64,000 bases of DNA. Source: Octopus sinensis (Eukaryota). How positions within the stretch are numbered: position 1 is the stretch's first letter; the number at the start of each line of letters is the position of its first letter. The position numbers and the translations under genes are program-made. The DNA lies in contig NC_043017.1 of assembly GCF_006345805.1 (NCBI RefSeq), forward strand, positions 31,496,001 through 31,560,000, written 5' to 3'. Of the stretch, positions 39,466 through 54,159 are shown piece by piece. A model generated the notes under the pieces. The model had not been told where the DNA came from. It did not search any database and saw only the letters and a program-made list of their open reading frames with translations.

Positions 39466-40530
39466 GCAGAAACGTTAGCGCGCCGGGCGAAATGCTTAGC
39501 GGTATTTCGCCTGCCGTTACATTATGAGTTCAAATTCCGCCGAGGTCGACTTTGCCTTTCATCCTTTCGGGGTCGATTAAATAAGTACTAGTTACACAGT
39601 TATGCACTGGGGTCAATATAATCGACTTAATCCGTTTGTCTATCCTTGTTTGTCCCCTCTGTGTTTAGCCCCTTGTGGGTAGTAAAGAAATAGGTCGATT
39701 AAATAAGTACCAGTTACGCACTGGGGTCAATATAATCGACTTAATCCGTTTGTCTGTCCTTGTTTGTCCTCTCTGTGTTTAGCCCCTTGTAGGAAATAAA
39801 GAATAGGTATTTCATCTGCTGCTATGTTCTGAGTTCAAATTCCGCCAAGGTCGACTTTGCCTTTCAGCCTTTCGGGGTCAATTAAATAAGTACCAGTTAT
39901 GCACTGGAGTCGATATAATCGACTTAATCCGTTTGTTTGTCTGTCCTTGTTTGTCCTCTCTGTGTTTATCCCCTTGTGGGTAGTAAAGAAATAGAAATAG
40001 GTATTTGGTCCATCTTCCCGTTCTGAGTTCAATTTCCTCCGAGGTTGACTTTGCCTTTCATCCTTTCAGGGTCGATTAAATAAGTACCAGTTACACTCTA
40101 GGGTTGACATAATCGGCTTAATCCGTTTGTCTGTCCTTGTTTGTCCTCTCTGTGTTTAGCCCCTAGTGGGTAGTAAAGAAATAGGTATTTCGTCTGTCTT
40201 TACGTTCTGATTTCAAATTCCGCCGAGGTCGACTTTGCCTTTCATCCTTTCGGGGTCGATGAATTAAGTACCAGTTACGCACTGGGGTCGATATAATCGA
40301 CTTAATCCGTTTGTCTGTCCTTGTTTGTCCTCTGTGTGTTTAGCACCTTGTGGGTAGTAAAGAAATAGAAATAGGTATTCCGTCCATCTTCCCGTTCTGA
40401 GTTCAAATTCGTCCGAGGTCGACTAAATAAGTACCAGTTACGAACTGGGGTCGATATAATCGTCTTAATCCATTTGTCTGTCCTTGTTTGTCCTCTATGT
40501 GTTTAGCCCCTTGTGGGTAGTAAAGAAATA
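39466..40530 (+). mobile_element. SINE family A multimer (about 6 units)
   Basis: Repeated core and tail with mixed about 200-bp and about 120-bp units. Confidence 0.85.
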
Positions 40531-40744
40531 TGTATTTCAAGCTTTCTTCCTAACACAGAAAGAGATGGTTCCTAACCAAGATCCAAGACTTCCCCATTGG
40601 AATTTCATAAACATCAACAGGATATTTTTTGCATGTATGTGAGTATGTGAGCAGTATTTAAGATCCATGCATGTACACATTTATATGCTTTGTTTTTATG
40701 TATAAATTCTCATACATATAGTTTGTTATATCGCAATACTACAC

Positions 40745-41640
40745 AGTGGCTGGGCAATCCACGATTTCCTCGTCACCACTGCTATTGGCTTCAAAGGATT
40801 CTAGCAGAGTAGAAGAGAGATCCATCCTTATCTCCAAGGAACTCATTTTGCACATACTTTCTGTAACCGCAAAGTCTTCCACCAACATCAATAATGCATG
40901 GTGACCACACTGCACCAAGCTTACGACGAACCGTTACTTGTCTGTCTACAGACAATTCTTCTGTTCAGGGCTGAAGCGTAAATTATGATCTCCTGTGTGG
41001 CTCCTCTTCAAAACTGATTTCCCTTTACTCTTTTACTCTTTTACTTGTTTCAGTCATTTGACTGTGGCCATGCTGGAGCACCACCTTTAGTCAAGCAAAT
41101 TGACCCCGGGACTTATTCTTTGTAAGCCCAGTACTTATTCTATCGGTCTCTTTTGCCTAACCGCTAAGTGACAAGGACATAAACACACCAGCATCGGTTG
41201 TCAATCAATGCTAGTGGGACAAACACAGACACACAAACACATACACACACGCATATATATACACATATGCGACACATATACGACAGGCTTCTTTCAGTTT
41301 CCGTCTACCAAATCCACTCACAAGGCATTGATCGGCCCGAGGCTATAGCAGAAGACACTTGCCCAAGATGCCACGTAGTGGGACTGAACCCGGAACCATG
41401 TGGTTGGTAAGCAAACTACTTACCACACAGCCACTCCTGCGCCTTTCTTTAAATTTCTTCTGCCCCTCTCTTCTGTCAAGAACTCGGTGACAGCATCTTG
41501 CTTCTCCTTGGCGCCCATTATTTGCTTCTGATCAAGAACAAGAAGAGATGGTGTTCCAGAGAAGTGTTGCTGTATAAATACGTGCAGTTTGAGCGACCTC
41601 TGTCAGTAGATAACAAAACTATCATCACCTTTGCATTACT
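40745..41640 (-). mobile_element. Highly decayed mariner 5' half split by SINE B (41023-41442)
   Basis: KQDAVTEFLTEE; SFEEEPHRRS..VDRQVTVR..LCGYRK resemble mariner EDEPRSGRP, DRRVTVR and LGYRKV. Confidence 0.5.
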
Positions 41641-41644
41641 TTCG

Positions 41645-41690
<46 letters not shown>

Positions 41691-42127
41691 AAACACACAC
41701 ACATGGGCACACAAACGCACACTTATGCAACCATAGATACATAGGCAAGCGTATGTGTGTGTATCCAGTATCAACTTGAGTTTCGGATGTTGTTACATAC
41801 CACTAGTCACAGTGCGCTTTGCATTGTTTTAGCTTTTGAATTATGTCACCCCCACTGACTAGGTTGACAAGCTAACATTCCCTTGAGTACGATGGTAGTC
41901 CATCGCAGAATTATCCATTTACACCTCAAGAGCACAATGCTGGTCTGGGGATTGGAACCACAATCTTTTGAACATGAGTGCAACGCTCTAGCCACTAGAA
42001 CATGCATTTTGTGTGTGTGTGTGCATGAGTGTGTGTGTGTGCGTGTATGTGTGTGTGCGTGTATGTGTGTGTGTGTGTGTGTGTGTGCACGCGTACATGA
42101 GTGTGTGTGTGTGCGTGTATGTGTGTA

Positions 42128-42743
42128 GAGTTCAAATTCCGCCGAGGTCGACTTTGCCTTTCATCCTTTCGGGGTCGATAAATTAAGTACCAGTTACTCA
42201 CTGGGGTCGATGTAATCGACTTAATACCTATGTCTGTCCTTGTTTGTCCCCTCTGTGTTTAGCCCCTTGTGGGTAGTAAAGATATAGGTCGATTAAATAA
42301 GTACCAGTTACGCACTGGGGTCGATATAATCGACTTAATCCATTTGTCTGTCCTTGTTTGTCTCCTCTGTCTTTAGCCCCTTGTGGGTAGTAAAGAAACA
42401 GCTCGATTAAATAAGTACCAGTTACGCACTGGGGTCGATATAATCGACTTAATCCGTTTGTCTGTCCTTGTTTGTCCCCTCTGTGTTTAGCCCCTTGTGG
42501 GTAGTAAAGAAATAGGTCGATTAAATAAGTACCAGTTACGCACTGGGGTTGATGTAATCGACTTAATCCGTTTGTCTGTCCTTGTTTGTCCCCTCTGTGT
42601 TTAGCCCCTTGTGGGTAGTAAAGAAATAGGTCGATTAAATAAGTACCAGTTACGCACTGGGGTCGATATAATTGACTTAATCCGTTTGTCCGTCCTTGTT
42701 TCTCCCCTCTATGTTTAGCCCCTTGTGGGTAGTTAAGAAATAG
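42128..42743 (+). repeat. Tandem array of about five 121-bp SINE A 3' halves
   Basis: ggtcgattaaataagtaccagttacgcactggggtcg...gggtagtaaagaaata repeated. Confidence 0.9.
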
Positions 42744-43007
42744 GTAGTGTGTGTGCATGTGTGTGTGTGTTTAATAGTTTAATAGCCTCGATGGACACAA
42801 AGCAGTCTTCGCACCAAAATTAGCAGATACCCAGAGATTGATTTAGACTTTATTGTAGACAAAGCTATGTCGTGTTTATCTGCTTCATTAACTGTTACAG
42901 TTAATGACTTTCTGATTCAAGTCTCGTTTTGCCAACATCATCAAGGGAAACTCTATCATGTATATTCGGCAACTGTAGTCTGTTTTGCTTGTTCGCTATT
43001 ACCAAAT

Positions 43008-43385
43008 GGAGGTATAATGGCCCAGTGGTTAGGGCAGCGGACTCGCGATCGTAGGATCGTGGTTTCGATTCCCAGACCGGGCGTTGTGAGTGTTTATTGA
43101 GCGAAAACACCTAAAGCTCCACGAAGCTCCGGCAGGGGATGGTGGTGATCCCTGCTGTACTCTTTCACCACAACTTTCTCTCACTCTTACTTCCTGTTTC
43201 TGTTGTACCTGTATTTCAAAGGGCCGGCCTTGTCACTCTCTGTGTCACGCTGAAAATATCCCCGAGAACTACGTTAAGGGTACACGTGTCTGTGGAGTGC
43301 TCAGCCACTTACACGTTAATTTCACGAGCAGGCTGTTCCGTTGATCAGATCAACCGGAAGCCTCATCGTCGTAAGCGATGGAGTG
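43008..43385 (+). mobile_element. SINE family C, tRNA-derived (degenerate copies near 15580, 33708, 59815(-), 61190-61390(-))
   Basis: A box tggcccagtggttagg, B box ggtttcgattccc, followed by a non-tRNA body. Confidence 0.75.
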
Positions 43386-43818
43386 CTTCCATCCATTACC
43401 AAATGTTTGACGTGTAATTTTTGTTTTACCATTTTTACTTTGCTGCAAAGAAATCATTTTTGAGAAATTGTTCTTACCGATATACAAATAATACCTTTTA
43501 TACTAAGATACTCTACTGTGCCTGTAGTTAGTATAGCTAGTATATTTGATTCTATATATAAACGAAATTTTGCTGTGAGTGTCAACTTAATGCATAATGT
43601 ATTTTCGTACATATATAATAGATACCATTGTAATACTACCAGCCTGTTGTATTGTGCATCGGATGTTTCTATAACTTAAAGCTATATTTTGGGGGAAAGT
43701 AAGAAATATTTGCATATTGTGTGGTTCTAAGAGCATGCATGTTTGTGTAAATCTCTGTTTGTGTATATGAGTATAAAATAGTGAGTTGATATGCATCCAT
43801 TTATGTCTAAAATTAACT

Positions 43819-44290
43819 TCTATCTATCTATCTATCTATCCGCTCAGTTGAAGTCGACTCTCGGTTACTCGATGGATCAGTGTTCTCCAGCCAGTTCTAT
43901 CCCGTGTCACTCTTGATGGTGTCAAGCCAGCGGGTTCTTGGTTTGCCTCTTCATCTCTTGCCACTGACCATTCCGAGTATGATGTCCTTCTCCAGGGATT
44001 TTCTCCGCATAATATGACCGAAATATGCCATTCTACGCTTGGTGATCCTAGCTTCTAGCGACATTTTTGGCCTGATCTGGTTAAGAACTTCTCCAGTGGT
44101 GAGCCTCACTGTCCATGGAATCCGTAAAAGTCTTCTCCAACACCAAAGCCCGAATGCATTAATTCTCTTCTGGTCAGCTTTCTTTAGTGTCCAGGTCTTG
44201 CATCCATATGTTGCTACTGGGAAGACGAATGCATTCACCAATCTGCATTTGGTAGCGAGTCTGATGTCTCTACTCTTCCAGACCTTGCTC
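43819..44290 (-). mobile_element. RTE (BovB-like) LINE 3' fragment with (TAGA)n tail
   Basis: TKCRLVNAFVFPVATYGCKTWTL...WCWRRLLRIPWT...YFGHIMRR.SLEKDIILG. Confidence 0.9.
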
Positions 44291-46239
44291 ATTAACTTAG
44301 TCGTTCAATATATTGTTTCCAAAAAATATGTACACGACACAAATAATTATTCAGGCCAATGGGATCGGCTGCAGTTCTTGAAGATATCCAGGAACGTTTG
44401 CAGACCAAGGACTCGAACTAGTAAAAAAGGAAAAGAATAGCTAAGCTCCTTATAGCTACATTAGCATCAGAGTAAAGCCGAACCTCGTAATTCTTGGTTC
44501 ACCTCCGACATAGGGGTTAAATAAGAACATAAGCGAAACCATAAACATTATAGAATAATATCCGAAATCCCAAGAAACTGGTGCCAGCTTCTATTGATGC
44601 ACCAAAATCAATGAGAAAGTTCAATATATATAAATATCAATTACTACGAGGAAAGTGAAGAATTCTCTTTTTGCCTATCTCAGTCATGAGACTGCGGCCA
44701 TGCTGGAGCACTGCCCAGACAGGTTTAGTCGAATGTGTCCATCCTAGTACTGAGTTTATCTTTCTAAGTCTGGTACGTATTCTATCGATCTTTTCTGCTG
44801 AACTGCTCTGTGAGAAGGACATAAGCAAACCAACATTGCAATAGGGGGAGAACAAACACAAACACAACTACAAATACTCACACACATGCAGACACACAGA
44901 CACAGGCACTTCTATAAATGACAGGCTTCCACACAGTTTCCGTATGCTAAATACCCTCACAAAGCATTGGTCAGGCCAGATTTATAGTATGAGATACTTG
45001 CCCAAGATGCCATGCTGTGGAACTGAACCTGAAACCATGGATTTATAAAGTGGACATCTTTACCACACAGCCATGTCTGCATCATTAAACAATTAACTCA
45101 GCCCACAGAGTAAAAGCTGTGATAAGTTCCAAGAGCATATGGCACCAGCATTGTTCCTGCGAGTTTTGGCAATGCTCTGAAAGCGACAAAAGAACTGATC
45201 CTGTTGGAAGTTAGATGCTCTGAGAAGAAACCATTAACAGGAAACAGACCAATTATCAGGAATTGATGGGAGAGAGCCAGGATTAAAGCCTTTACTTGAT
45301 TCAGTTTTACATGGAGTGGAAAGAAGCGAGTCATTCAGTCTGCGAGCAAAGCTAAAAGATAAACTTCCTGATGGCATGGATTAAGGCGGTTGATCCATGA
45401 ACTGTTGCTGATTGCATGCAGAATGTGGTCTGGTTAACCTGGACTGAAATACCTATTTCTTTATGACCCACATGGGGCTAAACACAAAGGGGACAAACAA
45501 GGACAGACATAGGTATTAAGCCGATTGCATCGACCCCAGTGCATAACTGTTACTTAATTTATCGACCCCCGAAAGGATGAAAGGCAAAGTCGACCTCGGC
45601 GGAATTTGAACTCACAACGTAACGGCAGACGAAATACGGCTACGCATTTTGCCCGGCGTGCTAACGTTTCTGCCAGCTCGCCACCACTTGACTGAGATAC
45701 CTGCTTGAGAGTTTCTGAGGATGAAAGATGCTGAACACCGATAACCTCAGGTCAAATTGCTGGTGGTACATTGGTACGTCTCAGCTCACCCAGGAAATGT
45801 ATCTTATGCCTTGTTACTTCAGCTGAGGTCATACAAATAATTAATTTCTTGGACTTGATTCCAACCCAAGCGACCACACCGATTTTCTGGTCATTCTTTA
45901 CTCTCGGTGAAGAGCAATATTCAAAGAGTTAAATTATCTTTACATATCGTCATATTGTAAAGGTTCTTATTGGTTGATAATCACATCTGAATTTACATTT
46001 GAAAGCTTCTTTGAGTTAATGAATGACCACCTAAATGGCTATGCAGTTCCCTTGAAATACCAGTCAAATTTCAATTTGAAAATTTCATCCTACTATTTGA
46101 GGTAGTATACGTTTGACAAATTATTTACATTATTTACATTTGATGTAATTGACTTTCCTACATTCAATAATAATAATAATGATAATAATAATAATAATAA
46201 TATTAATGATAATTATTATTATTATTATTATTATTATTA

Positions 46240-46643
46240 TTTCTTTACTACCCACAAGGGGCTAAGTTTAGAGGGGACAAACAAGGACAGACAAACGGAT
46301 TAAGTCGATTATATCGACCCCAGTGCGTAACTGGTACTTTTTTCAATCGACCCCGAAAGGATCAAAGGCAAAGTCGACCTCGGTGGAATTTGAAATCAGA
46401 ACGTAACGGCAGACGAAATACCTATTTCTTTACTACCCACAAGGGGCTATACAGAGAGAGGAGAAACAAGGACAGACAAACGGATTAAGTCGATTATATC
46501 GACCCCAGTGCGTAACTGGTACTTTTTCAATCGACCCCGAAAGGATGAAAGACAAAGTCGACCTCGGCGGAATTTGTACTCAGAACATAACGGCAGACGA
46601 AATACAGCTACGCATTTCGCCCGGCTAACGTTTCTGCCAGCTC
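46240..46643 (-). mobile_element. SINE family A dimer
   Basis: Reverse-complement matches. Confidence 0.85.
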
Positions 46644-46864
46644 AATAATTTCAAATTTTGCCACAAGGGTAGCAATTTTGGTGGAGGTGATAACTCAATT
46701 ACATCGACCCCTATTATTCAACTAGTACTTAATTTATGGACCCCTGAAAGGATAAAAGGCAAAGTTGACCTGGGCAGAATTTGAACTCGGAATGTAAAGA
46801 CGGACAAAACGCTGTGAAGTGCTTTTTCCCAATGTGTTAACAATTCTGCCAGTTCATTGCCTTG

Positions 46865-46988
46865 ACAACAACAATGATAATAATGATGATGATGATGATG
46901 ATGATTATGGCGATGATGATGATGATCATGATAATAATTTCATTATTAAATATATTGGGGCAATAATGATGATGATGATGAGGAGGAG

Positions 46989-47023
<35 letters not shown>

Positions 47024-47063
47024 AATTTTACCCCAGTGTCACTTTGATGGCATGTACTCACTC

Positions 47064-47105
<42 letters not shown>

Positions 47106-47234
47106 AATAATATTCATAATAATAATAATAATAATAATATTAATAATAATAATAATTTTACCCCAGTGTCACTTTGATGGCATGTACTGCTCTCTCACTC
47201 AATAACAATAATAATAATATTCATAATGATGATG

Positions 47235-47302
<68 letters not shown>

Positions 47303-47310
47303 GTAATTTT
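46865..47310. repeat. (GAT)n/(AAT)n microsatellite containing a duplicated about 40-bp insert
   Basis: aattttaccccagtgtcactttgatggcatgtact at about 47024 and 47154. Confidence 0.85.
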
Positions 47311-48987
47311 ATTATTAGATATATTGGGGTAATAACACTTGTTATAACTTCATTCCCATTAGGATGCTTTTTAGAAATATTAATTTACCTCATTATTTGA
47401 CTGGTATTTTGTTTTATTGATCCCCAAAGAGAGAAAAGAGAAAAGATAATAAAAGTTATGTTCGTTTCTACGATAACCATTATCTGAAGTTGTTACACAA
47501 AGGATTGGGGCAATATTCTTTGAAGCTAAAAATAGCGAAAATTATGTAAGTTTCTGAGGTACGTGTGTATGTGCATACGACTGTATTTGAGTGTTTAGAA
47601 ATATATACGTGCGGGAGGGAAGGGGACAAAATGAGAAACGATGGGTGGGTGGGGCGAGTGAGAGAAAGGACAAGGGCAGCGCATGTGTCTGTCTGTCTGT
47701 TTGTCTGTCTGTTTGTCTATCTGTCTATGTCACTTAAAAGATAAGATGAGTTTGCTAAAGTATGAAGATAGATTTTTGTCATGGTTAGAAGGTAACTGAG
47801 AATTAGCCGATAACCAAAGATAACTTACTCTGAAAAACCTTTAATTTTATTCTTGTTTCCAAAGCTCTTTTGTTGCCGTTTCTATTTGGAGTTGTTGTTT
47901 TTGTTGTTGTTGTTGTTGTTGTTCTCTGCAAGACATTCTTTGAAGATAGCTTTATTTCATCTCAGGAAACTAATTTAGATTACTTAAAAAACATATTCTT
48001 TTAACCATATTATTTCTGCTTTTCTTCGTCTTTTGCATTTATTGTTCTCTGTTTCTTTACCTTTTTCTGTCATTCTTCTTCTCTCTCCCCCTCCCCCTCT
48101 CTGTCTCTACCCCCTTCTCTCTCTCTCTCTCTCTGCCTCTCTTTCTCTTTATCGTACCTTCCTTTTCTCTCTCTCTCTCTTTCTCTCCCTTTATCATACT
48201 ATTACCTTACCTTTCTTGCTCTCCACTTCTCTCTCTTTTTATCGTACTCTTGCCATGTCCTCTCTCTCTCTCCCACACACACTCTCTCTCTTTGCCTGCC
48301 CCACTCTCTACCCCCTTCTCTCTCTGCCTTTCTTTCACTTTATCGTACTCCTACCTTCTTTTTTTCTCTCTCTCTTTCTCTCTCTTTATCATACTATTAC
48401 CTTACCTTTCTTGCTCTCCCCTTCTCTCTCTTTTTATTGTATCCTTGCCATGCCCTCTCTCTCACACACACTCTCTTCTTTGCCTCTCTGTCTCTGACTC
48501 TCCCTCTCTCCCCCCTCTCTCATCTTTACTTTCTCTTCACCCTCATCCATATCTTTCACCATTTCTGCTTCCTATTACTTGAAATTACCATTCACTCCTA
48601 GTCACCAGAACTGTAATGGACTGTACTGCATTTGAGTTATTAGTAACATTACTCAGCCAAATCAATAAGTAGTTTACAATACTGGGTGTTCAAACAGAAT
48701 ACAATGTACATAATTAATCAGATTATATTGAACATTGATTAATGATATAAATGTCTTGTATTAATTAACTTCTTTCCCATTACTGAATTTCCAGCTTCTG
48801 TGGTTAGCAAGTTCACGAGGGACTTTTACAATAACACTTGTAATAATCATTCTGCCCAGCGCCAGCACATTTACTGGTTTTATTTTGGACTGTAGTCTAC
48901 AGGGGTCTTAGAATTTTGTATGATCATGCAGACCCTAATCCGAATGTGTGCCATTCCATGCCACCTCAACATTTTTATTTTCCTATA

Positions 48988-49222
48988 TTGGCATATTTCG
49001 GTCATATTATGCAGAGAGAATCCCTGGAGAAGGACATCATGCTCGGAATGGTCAGTGGCAAGAGAAGAAGAAGCCGGCCCAGAACCCGCTGGCTTGGCAC
49101 CATCAGGAGTGATACTGGAATGGACATGGCCAGTCTGAAGGAAGCGGCCCAGGATAGAACTGACTGGAGGACACTGATCCAACGAGTGGCCAAGAGTCGA
49201 CTATGGCTGAGCAGATAGAGAG
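48988..49222 (+). mobile_element. RTE (BovB-like) LINE 3' fragment, same family as 43819-44290
   Basis: LAYFGHIMQRESLEKDIMLGMVSGKRRRSRPRTRW...AAQDRTDWR. Confidence 0.9.
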
Positions 49223-49537
49223 AGAGATATTGTGCAACAAACTGACAAGCTTTTCTCTTTGCATCAAAAGGAAAGTACATCTCCATGATTATTCTGTGAT
49301 ATTTGGGGTGACCAGATCCTATGATACTCAGGGTATGAAGCTAGACTTTTGTCATAGAAGGTAACAGAAAATTAACCAATAACCAAAGATAAATTACTAT
49401 GAAAACCCTTTATTTTTGTTTTTATTTTTGTCTTCAATACTCGCTTGTTATTGTTTCTGTTGGAGATTTTGTTTTTGCTGTTGTTCTCTGCAAGAAATTC
49501 TTTGAAGATAGCTTTATTTCATCTCTTTTTTTTTTCT

Positions 49538-49750
49538 CTCTTTTACTTGTTTCAGTCATTTGTCTGCGGCCATGATGGAACACCACCTATAAATCGAGCA
49601 ACTCGATCCCGGGTCTTATTCTTTTGTAAGCCCAGTACTTATTCTATTGGGGTCTTTTGCCGAACTGCTAAGTAACGGGGACATAAACACCACCAGCATC
49701 GGTTGTCAAGCAATGCTAGAGGGACAAAGACAGACACACAAACACCACGC

Positions 49751-49809
<59 letters not shown>

Positions 49810-49970
49810 CGACGGGCTTCTTTCAGTTTCCGTCTACCAAATCCACTCACAAGGCATTGGTCTGCCTGAGGCTATAGTAGAAGACACTTGCCCAAGGTGC
49901 CACACAGTGGGACTGAACCCGGAACCATGTGGTTGGTAAACAAGTTACTTACCACACAGCCACTCCTGCG
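49538..49970 (-). mobile_element. SINE family B inserted in a locally duplicated segment
   Basis: Flanks match the uninterrupted 47770-47995. Confidence 0.85.
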
Positions 49971-50469
49971 CCTCAGGAAACTAACTTATATTACTTAAAG
50001 AATATAATCCACCCAACCACATAGCATCGTATAGTAATTCAATAGTCACTCCTGGCCCATACTGCAACTTAAAGGCACTGAAGAACCAATGGTCAATATC
50101 ACAAACAATGTCCTTTCCTCAGATCTTTATATTATGACATGTTTGTAATATGGAACCAGCGTAGGAACAGATATGTGATGCAACGTTGCCGCCTGATTTC
50201 TTGTCTTTTCAATCACATGCTCTCGTTGCCCTTACTTATCAAGGTGTTGTTTTAGGGCTTTTCATAATTGCGTTTTTCAGAGCCTAATTAATTCTTCTTT
50301 CTTGACTTCGAGAAGCAAGAAGTATGTGACCTTCCTTCAGGTCGCTTGTTGGATAAAAATCCTCAACCAATAATAAGAATTTAAGCGAGTGACATTTATA
50401 TTTTGTCTAAAGAAAGAAAGGAACAACAGCTGCCTTGGTTTTGAATTTTGGTTTAGTAATGCAAAAAAA

Positions 50470-50835
50470 GAACAGAAGAAGGAGGAGGAGGAGGAGGAGG
50501 AGTAGGAGAAGAGGTGGAGGAGGAGGAGAAGAGAAGAAGAAGAAGAAGAAGAAGAAGAAGAAGGAGAAGAAGAAGAAGAAGAAGAAAAAGAAGGAGAAGA
50601 AGAAGAAGAAGGAGAAGAAGAAGAAGAAGAAGAAGAAGAAAAAGAAGGAGAAGAAGAAGAAGGAGAAGAAGAAGAAGAAGAAGAAGAAGAAGAAGGAGAA
50701 GAAGAAGTAGGGGAGGAGGAGGAGAAGAAGAAGAAGGAGGAGGAGGAGAAGAAGGAAGGAGGAGGAGGAGGAGTAGAAGAAGAAGAAGGAGGAGGAGAAG
50801 AAGAAGAAGAAGAAGAAGAAGAAGAGAAGTAGAAG
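50470..50835. repeat. (GAA/GGA)n purine microsatellite
   Basis: Direct inspection. Confidence 0.95.
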
Positions 50836-51617
50836 AAATCACAATAGTTACTGGGATCCATTTTAATCTCTCAATTGACAAATATTTTGATTCCACACAA
50901 AAATCAGAACACCATATGATAATAATTATATTATAATTCCATAATAAACGTATCATAAACCGATCTTGAAACAATATAATAGTCACAGAAGCAACCACCA
51001 CACCACCACCACCACCACCGCCATGACCTGTTTTACTATATCACTGCTTTCTTGGTAAGAGTTTGCTATAACTACCCAATTACGAAGTCGATGTTGTCAT
51101 GCGATATATGAGAAAGCCTGACAAGAGACAAAGGTCATTCTGATCTCATAAATAGCTTCCAAAACCATCACTATTGCTATTACTATGACAACGCTAGTCT
51201 TGGGAAAAACCACTGATAAATATGGTCAAGAATTCGACGCAGTAAGTAATCTCAAAGGTTACAATGCCCACAACCCTTCATCATCAATTTTTTTCCCCGC
51301 CCCCCCGTTCTTGAGAATGATAAGGACAAACTTACATTACATTCTGCATATGTTCCAAAACAAATTATCAAGTTTTCGTATTTTTGATATTTTTCCCCCA
51401 ATTCTTTGGTCTTTCTTGATGCTTTGTTTTTATATATGTTTTTTGTTTATAATTATTGCTGTTTTTTATAAAGAATAAGTTAGATACAGGAAATTTCCTT
51501 CTTCAATTTTTCTTTCATGATCTCTCTTAGTATGAATAACAAGTGCTTGCATATGTTTGTGTGGTGTGTGTGTATGTATATATATTTGTTAGTATAAATT
51601 ATCTATATATATATATA

Positions 51618-51670
<53 letters not shown>

Positions 51671-51858
51671 ATATATATATATATATATACATTATATTAT
51701 ATGTATATAATATGTATATATATATATGTAATATATATATAGAATATATATACACGTATATATATATATGTATATATATATAATATATATATACATATAC
51801 ATTATATACATACATATATATATATATTATTATATATATAAATATATATAATATACAT

Positions 51859-51899
<41 letters not shown>

Positions 51900-52731
51900 C
51901 ATATATATACATATACATACCACACACACACACACACGCACACACACACCCACACACACACACACACACCACTATATATATATATATTATATATATATAT
52001 ATATATAACATTTTATATATATGTATATTTCTATCTAGACAAGAGTAAATTTCGAAGACCGTAAGCCGTAAGGACAGCAGGATCGATTGCGGTTTCTATG
52101 AACGAAGCATTACTTTCTCCTCCCCATGCCTATTGGAGTAATTTCCCCTTATTGAACAGTTCTTTTCATATCGACTGTCTTAATAACTGATGATGTGCCT
52201 GGAATCACATCTCTTTTTTTCTCATAAGGATAAATATGAACCTCCTATATCTTAATCTGCTATTTCCTTTTCCAAGTAGTTTGTAAAAATTTTGTTCATG
52301 CTTTTTGCACTGAAGAGTACAGTGATATATTACTCTTACTCTTACTCTTACTCTTACCCGTTTCAGTCATTTGACTGCGGCCATGCTGGAGCACCACCTT
52401 TAGTCAGGCAAATCAATCCCGGGACTTATTCTTTGTAAGCCCAGTACTTATTCTATCGGTCTCTTTTGCCGAACCGCTAAGTGACGGGGACGTAAACACG
52501 TAAAAGTAAAAGAGTAAAAGAGTAAAAGAGAGAGAATCTATATTAGAAATGTTTTATTAAAATCCTCCAAATTCAAGGACGAAATTTAATTCAACCTTTT
52601 TTGCACACACACACACACGCACATAAGGAAGATGAATATGATGTATTTTTTCCTTTTTTTTTGGTGCCTGATGCAATATGGTAACCAGATATGCAAGACA
52701 CCAAGACATGGCTTAGAATGGTGAGTTATAT

Positions 52732-53330
52732 ATTTCTTTACTACCCACAAGGGGCTAAACATAGAGGGGACAAACAAGGACAGACACACGGATTAAGTCG
52801 ATTACATCGATCCCAGTGCGTAAATGGTACTTAATTTATGAACCCTGAAAGGATGAAAGGCAAAGTCGACCTCGGCGGAATTTGAACTCAGAACTTAACG
52901 GCAGGCGAAATACCTATTTCCTTATTGCCCACAAGGGGCTAGACATAGAAGGGACAAACAAGGACAGACAAACGGATTAAGTCGATTATATCGACCCTAG
53001 TGCATAACTCGTACTTAATTTCATCAACCCCGAAAGGATGAAAGGCAAAGTCGACCTCGGCGGAATTTGAACTCAGAACTTAACGGCAGGCGAAATACCT
53101 ATTTCTTTATTGCCCACAAGGGGCTAGACATAGAAGGGACAAACAAGGACAGACAAACGGATTAAGTCGATTATATCGACCCTAGTGCATAACTCGTACT
53201 TAATTTATCAACCCCGAAAGGATGAAAGGCAAAGTCGACCTCGGTGGAATTTGAACTCAGACCGTAACGGCAGACGAAATACGGCTACGCATTTCACCCA
53301 TCATGCTAACGTTTCTGCCAGCTCGCCGCC
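52732..53330 (-). mobile_element. SINE family A trimer
   Basis: Three units; the inner two are nearly identical. Confidence 0.85.
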
Positions 53331-54159
53331 TTAAATGGTGAGTTATAGATTTGATAAGTGTGCTCCGGAGGACATTTGTACGAATGGAATCATGACTAAT
53401 CAGTGATGTGTATTTAAATAAGTACTATACGTGTTAAGACCAAAATATGATTCACAAAAAGTCACAATGAAATTGTAGAAGTGTACTTAAGTAAGTGTAT
53501 TTAAGTAAGTGCACTTACGTGTCAGAAAAATAGTAGTATAACTTTCATTTGATAGAGCTCAAATTTGGTTTTAGTATTATAGGCATGCTGGCAGAATAAT
53601 TTGTGCACAAGACAAATGCTTAACAGCATTTTGTCCGTTTTTATGTTCTGAGTTCAAATTCTGCTAAGGTTGACTTTGTCTTTCATCTTTTTGGGGTTGA
53701 TAAAATAAGTACCAGTTGTACACTGGGCTCGATCTAATTGACCTATCCCTCTCTGAAACTGCTGGCCTCGTGCCCAAATTTGAAACCAATATTATAGGCA
53801 AGCAGGCAGAATCTTTAGCTCACTGGGTTTAGTGGCATATTCGTCAATCTTTACATCCTGAGTTCAAATTCCATCAAGGTTGACTTTGCCTTTCATCTTT
53901 TCAGAGTCCTTAAAATAAGTACCAGCTGAGTACTGGGGTCCATGTAACTGACTAACTTCCTTGCAAGAAATTGCTGGCCATGTGCCAAAATTTGATACCA
54001 AAATTGTTTTAAATGTATAAGGTTTTAAATATTAGCTCGAAACACTCAAACATATCTATATATTGATCCATGATGTCTTCATGTGGGTGAATGATCTTTT
54101 CTGGTGCTACTATGTGTAATCAGGTTCACCAATATACAATTAAGACTCTTTTTCTCTTT

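Noticed and set aside
42128-42758. CRISPR-like regular array or 176-aa repeat protein
   Set aside because: Units are whole SINE halves with no unique spacers; eukaryotic context and no cas genes
43008-43082. tRNA gene
   Set aside because: A and B boxes are present, but the sequence continues into a repeated SINE body with no clean acceptor stem or terminator
45098-46070. Possible decayed coding sequence around a SINE
   Set aside because: No motif recognised in the frames examined
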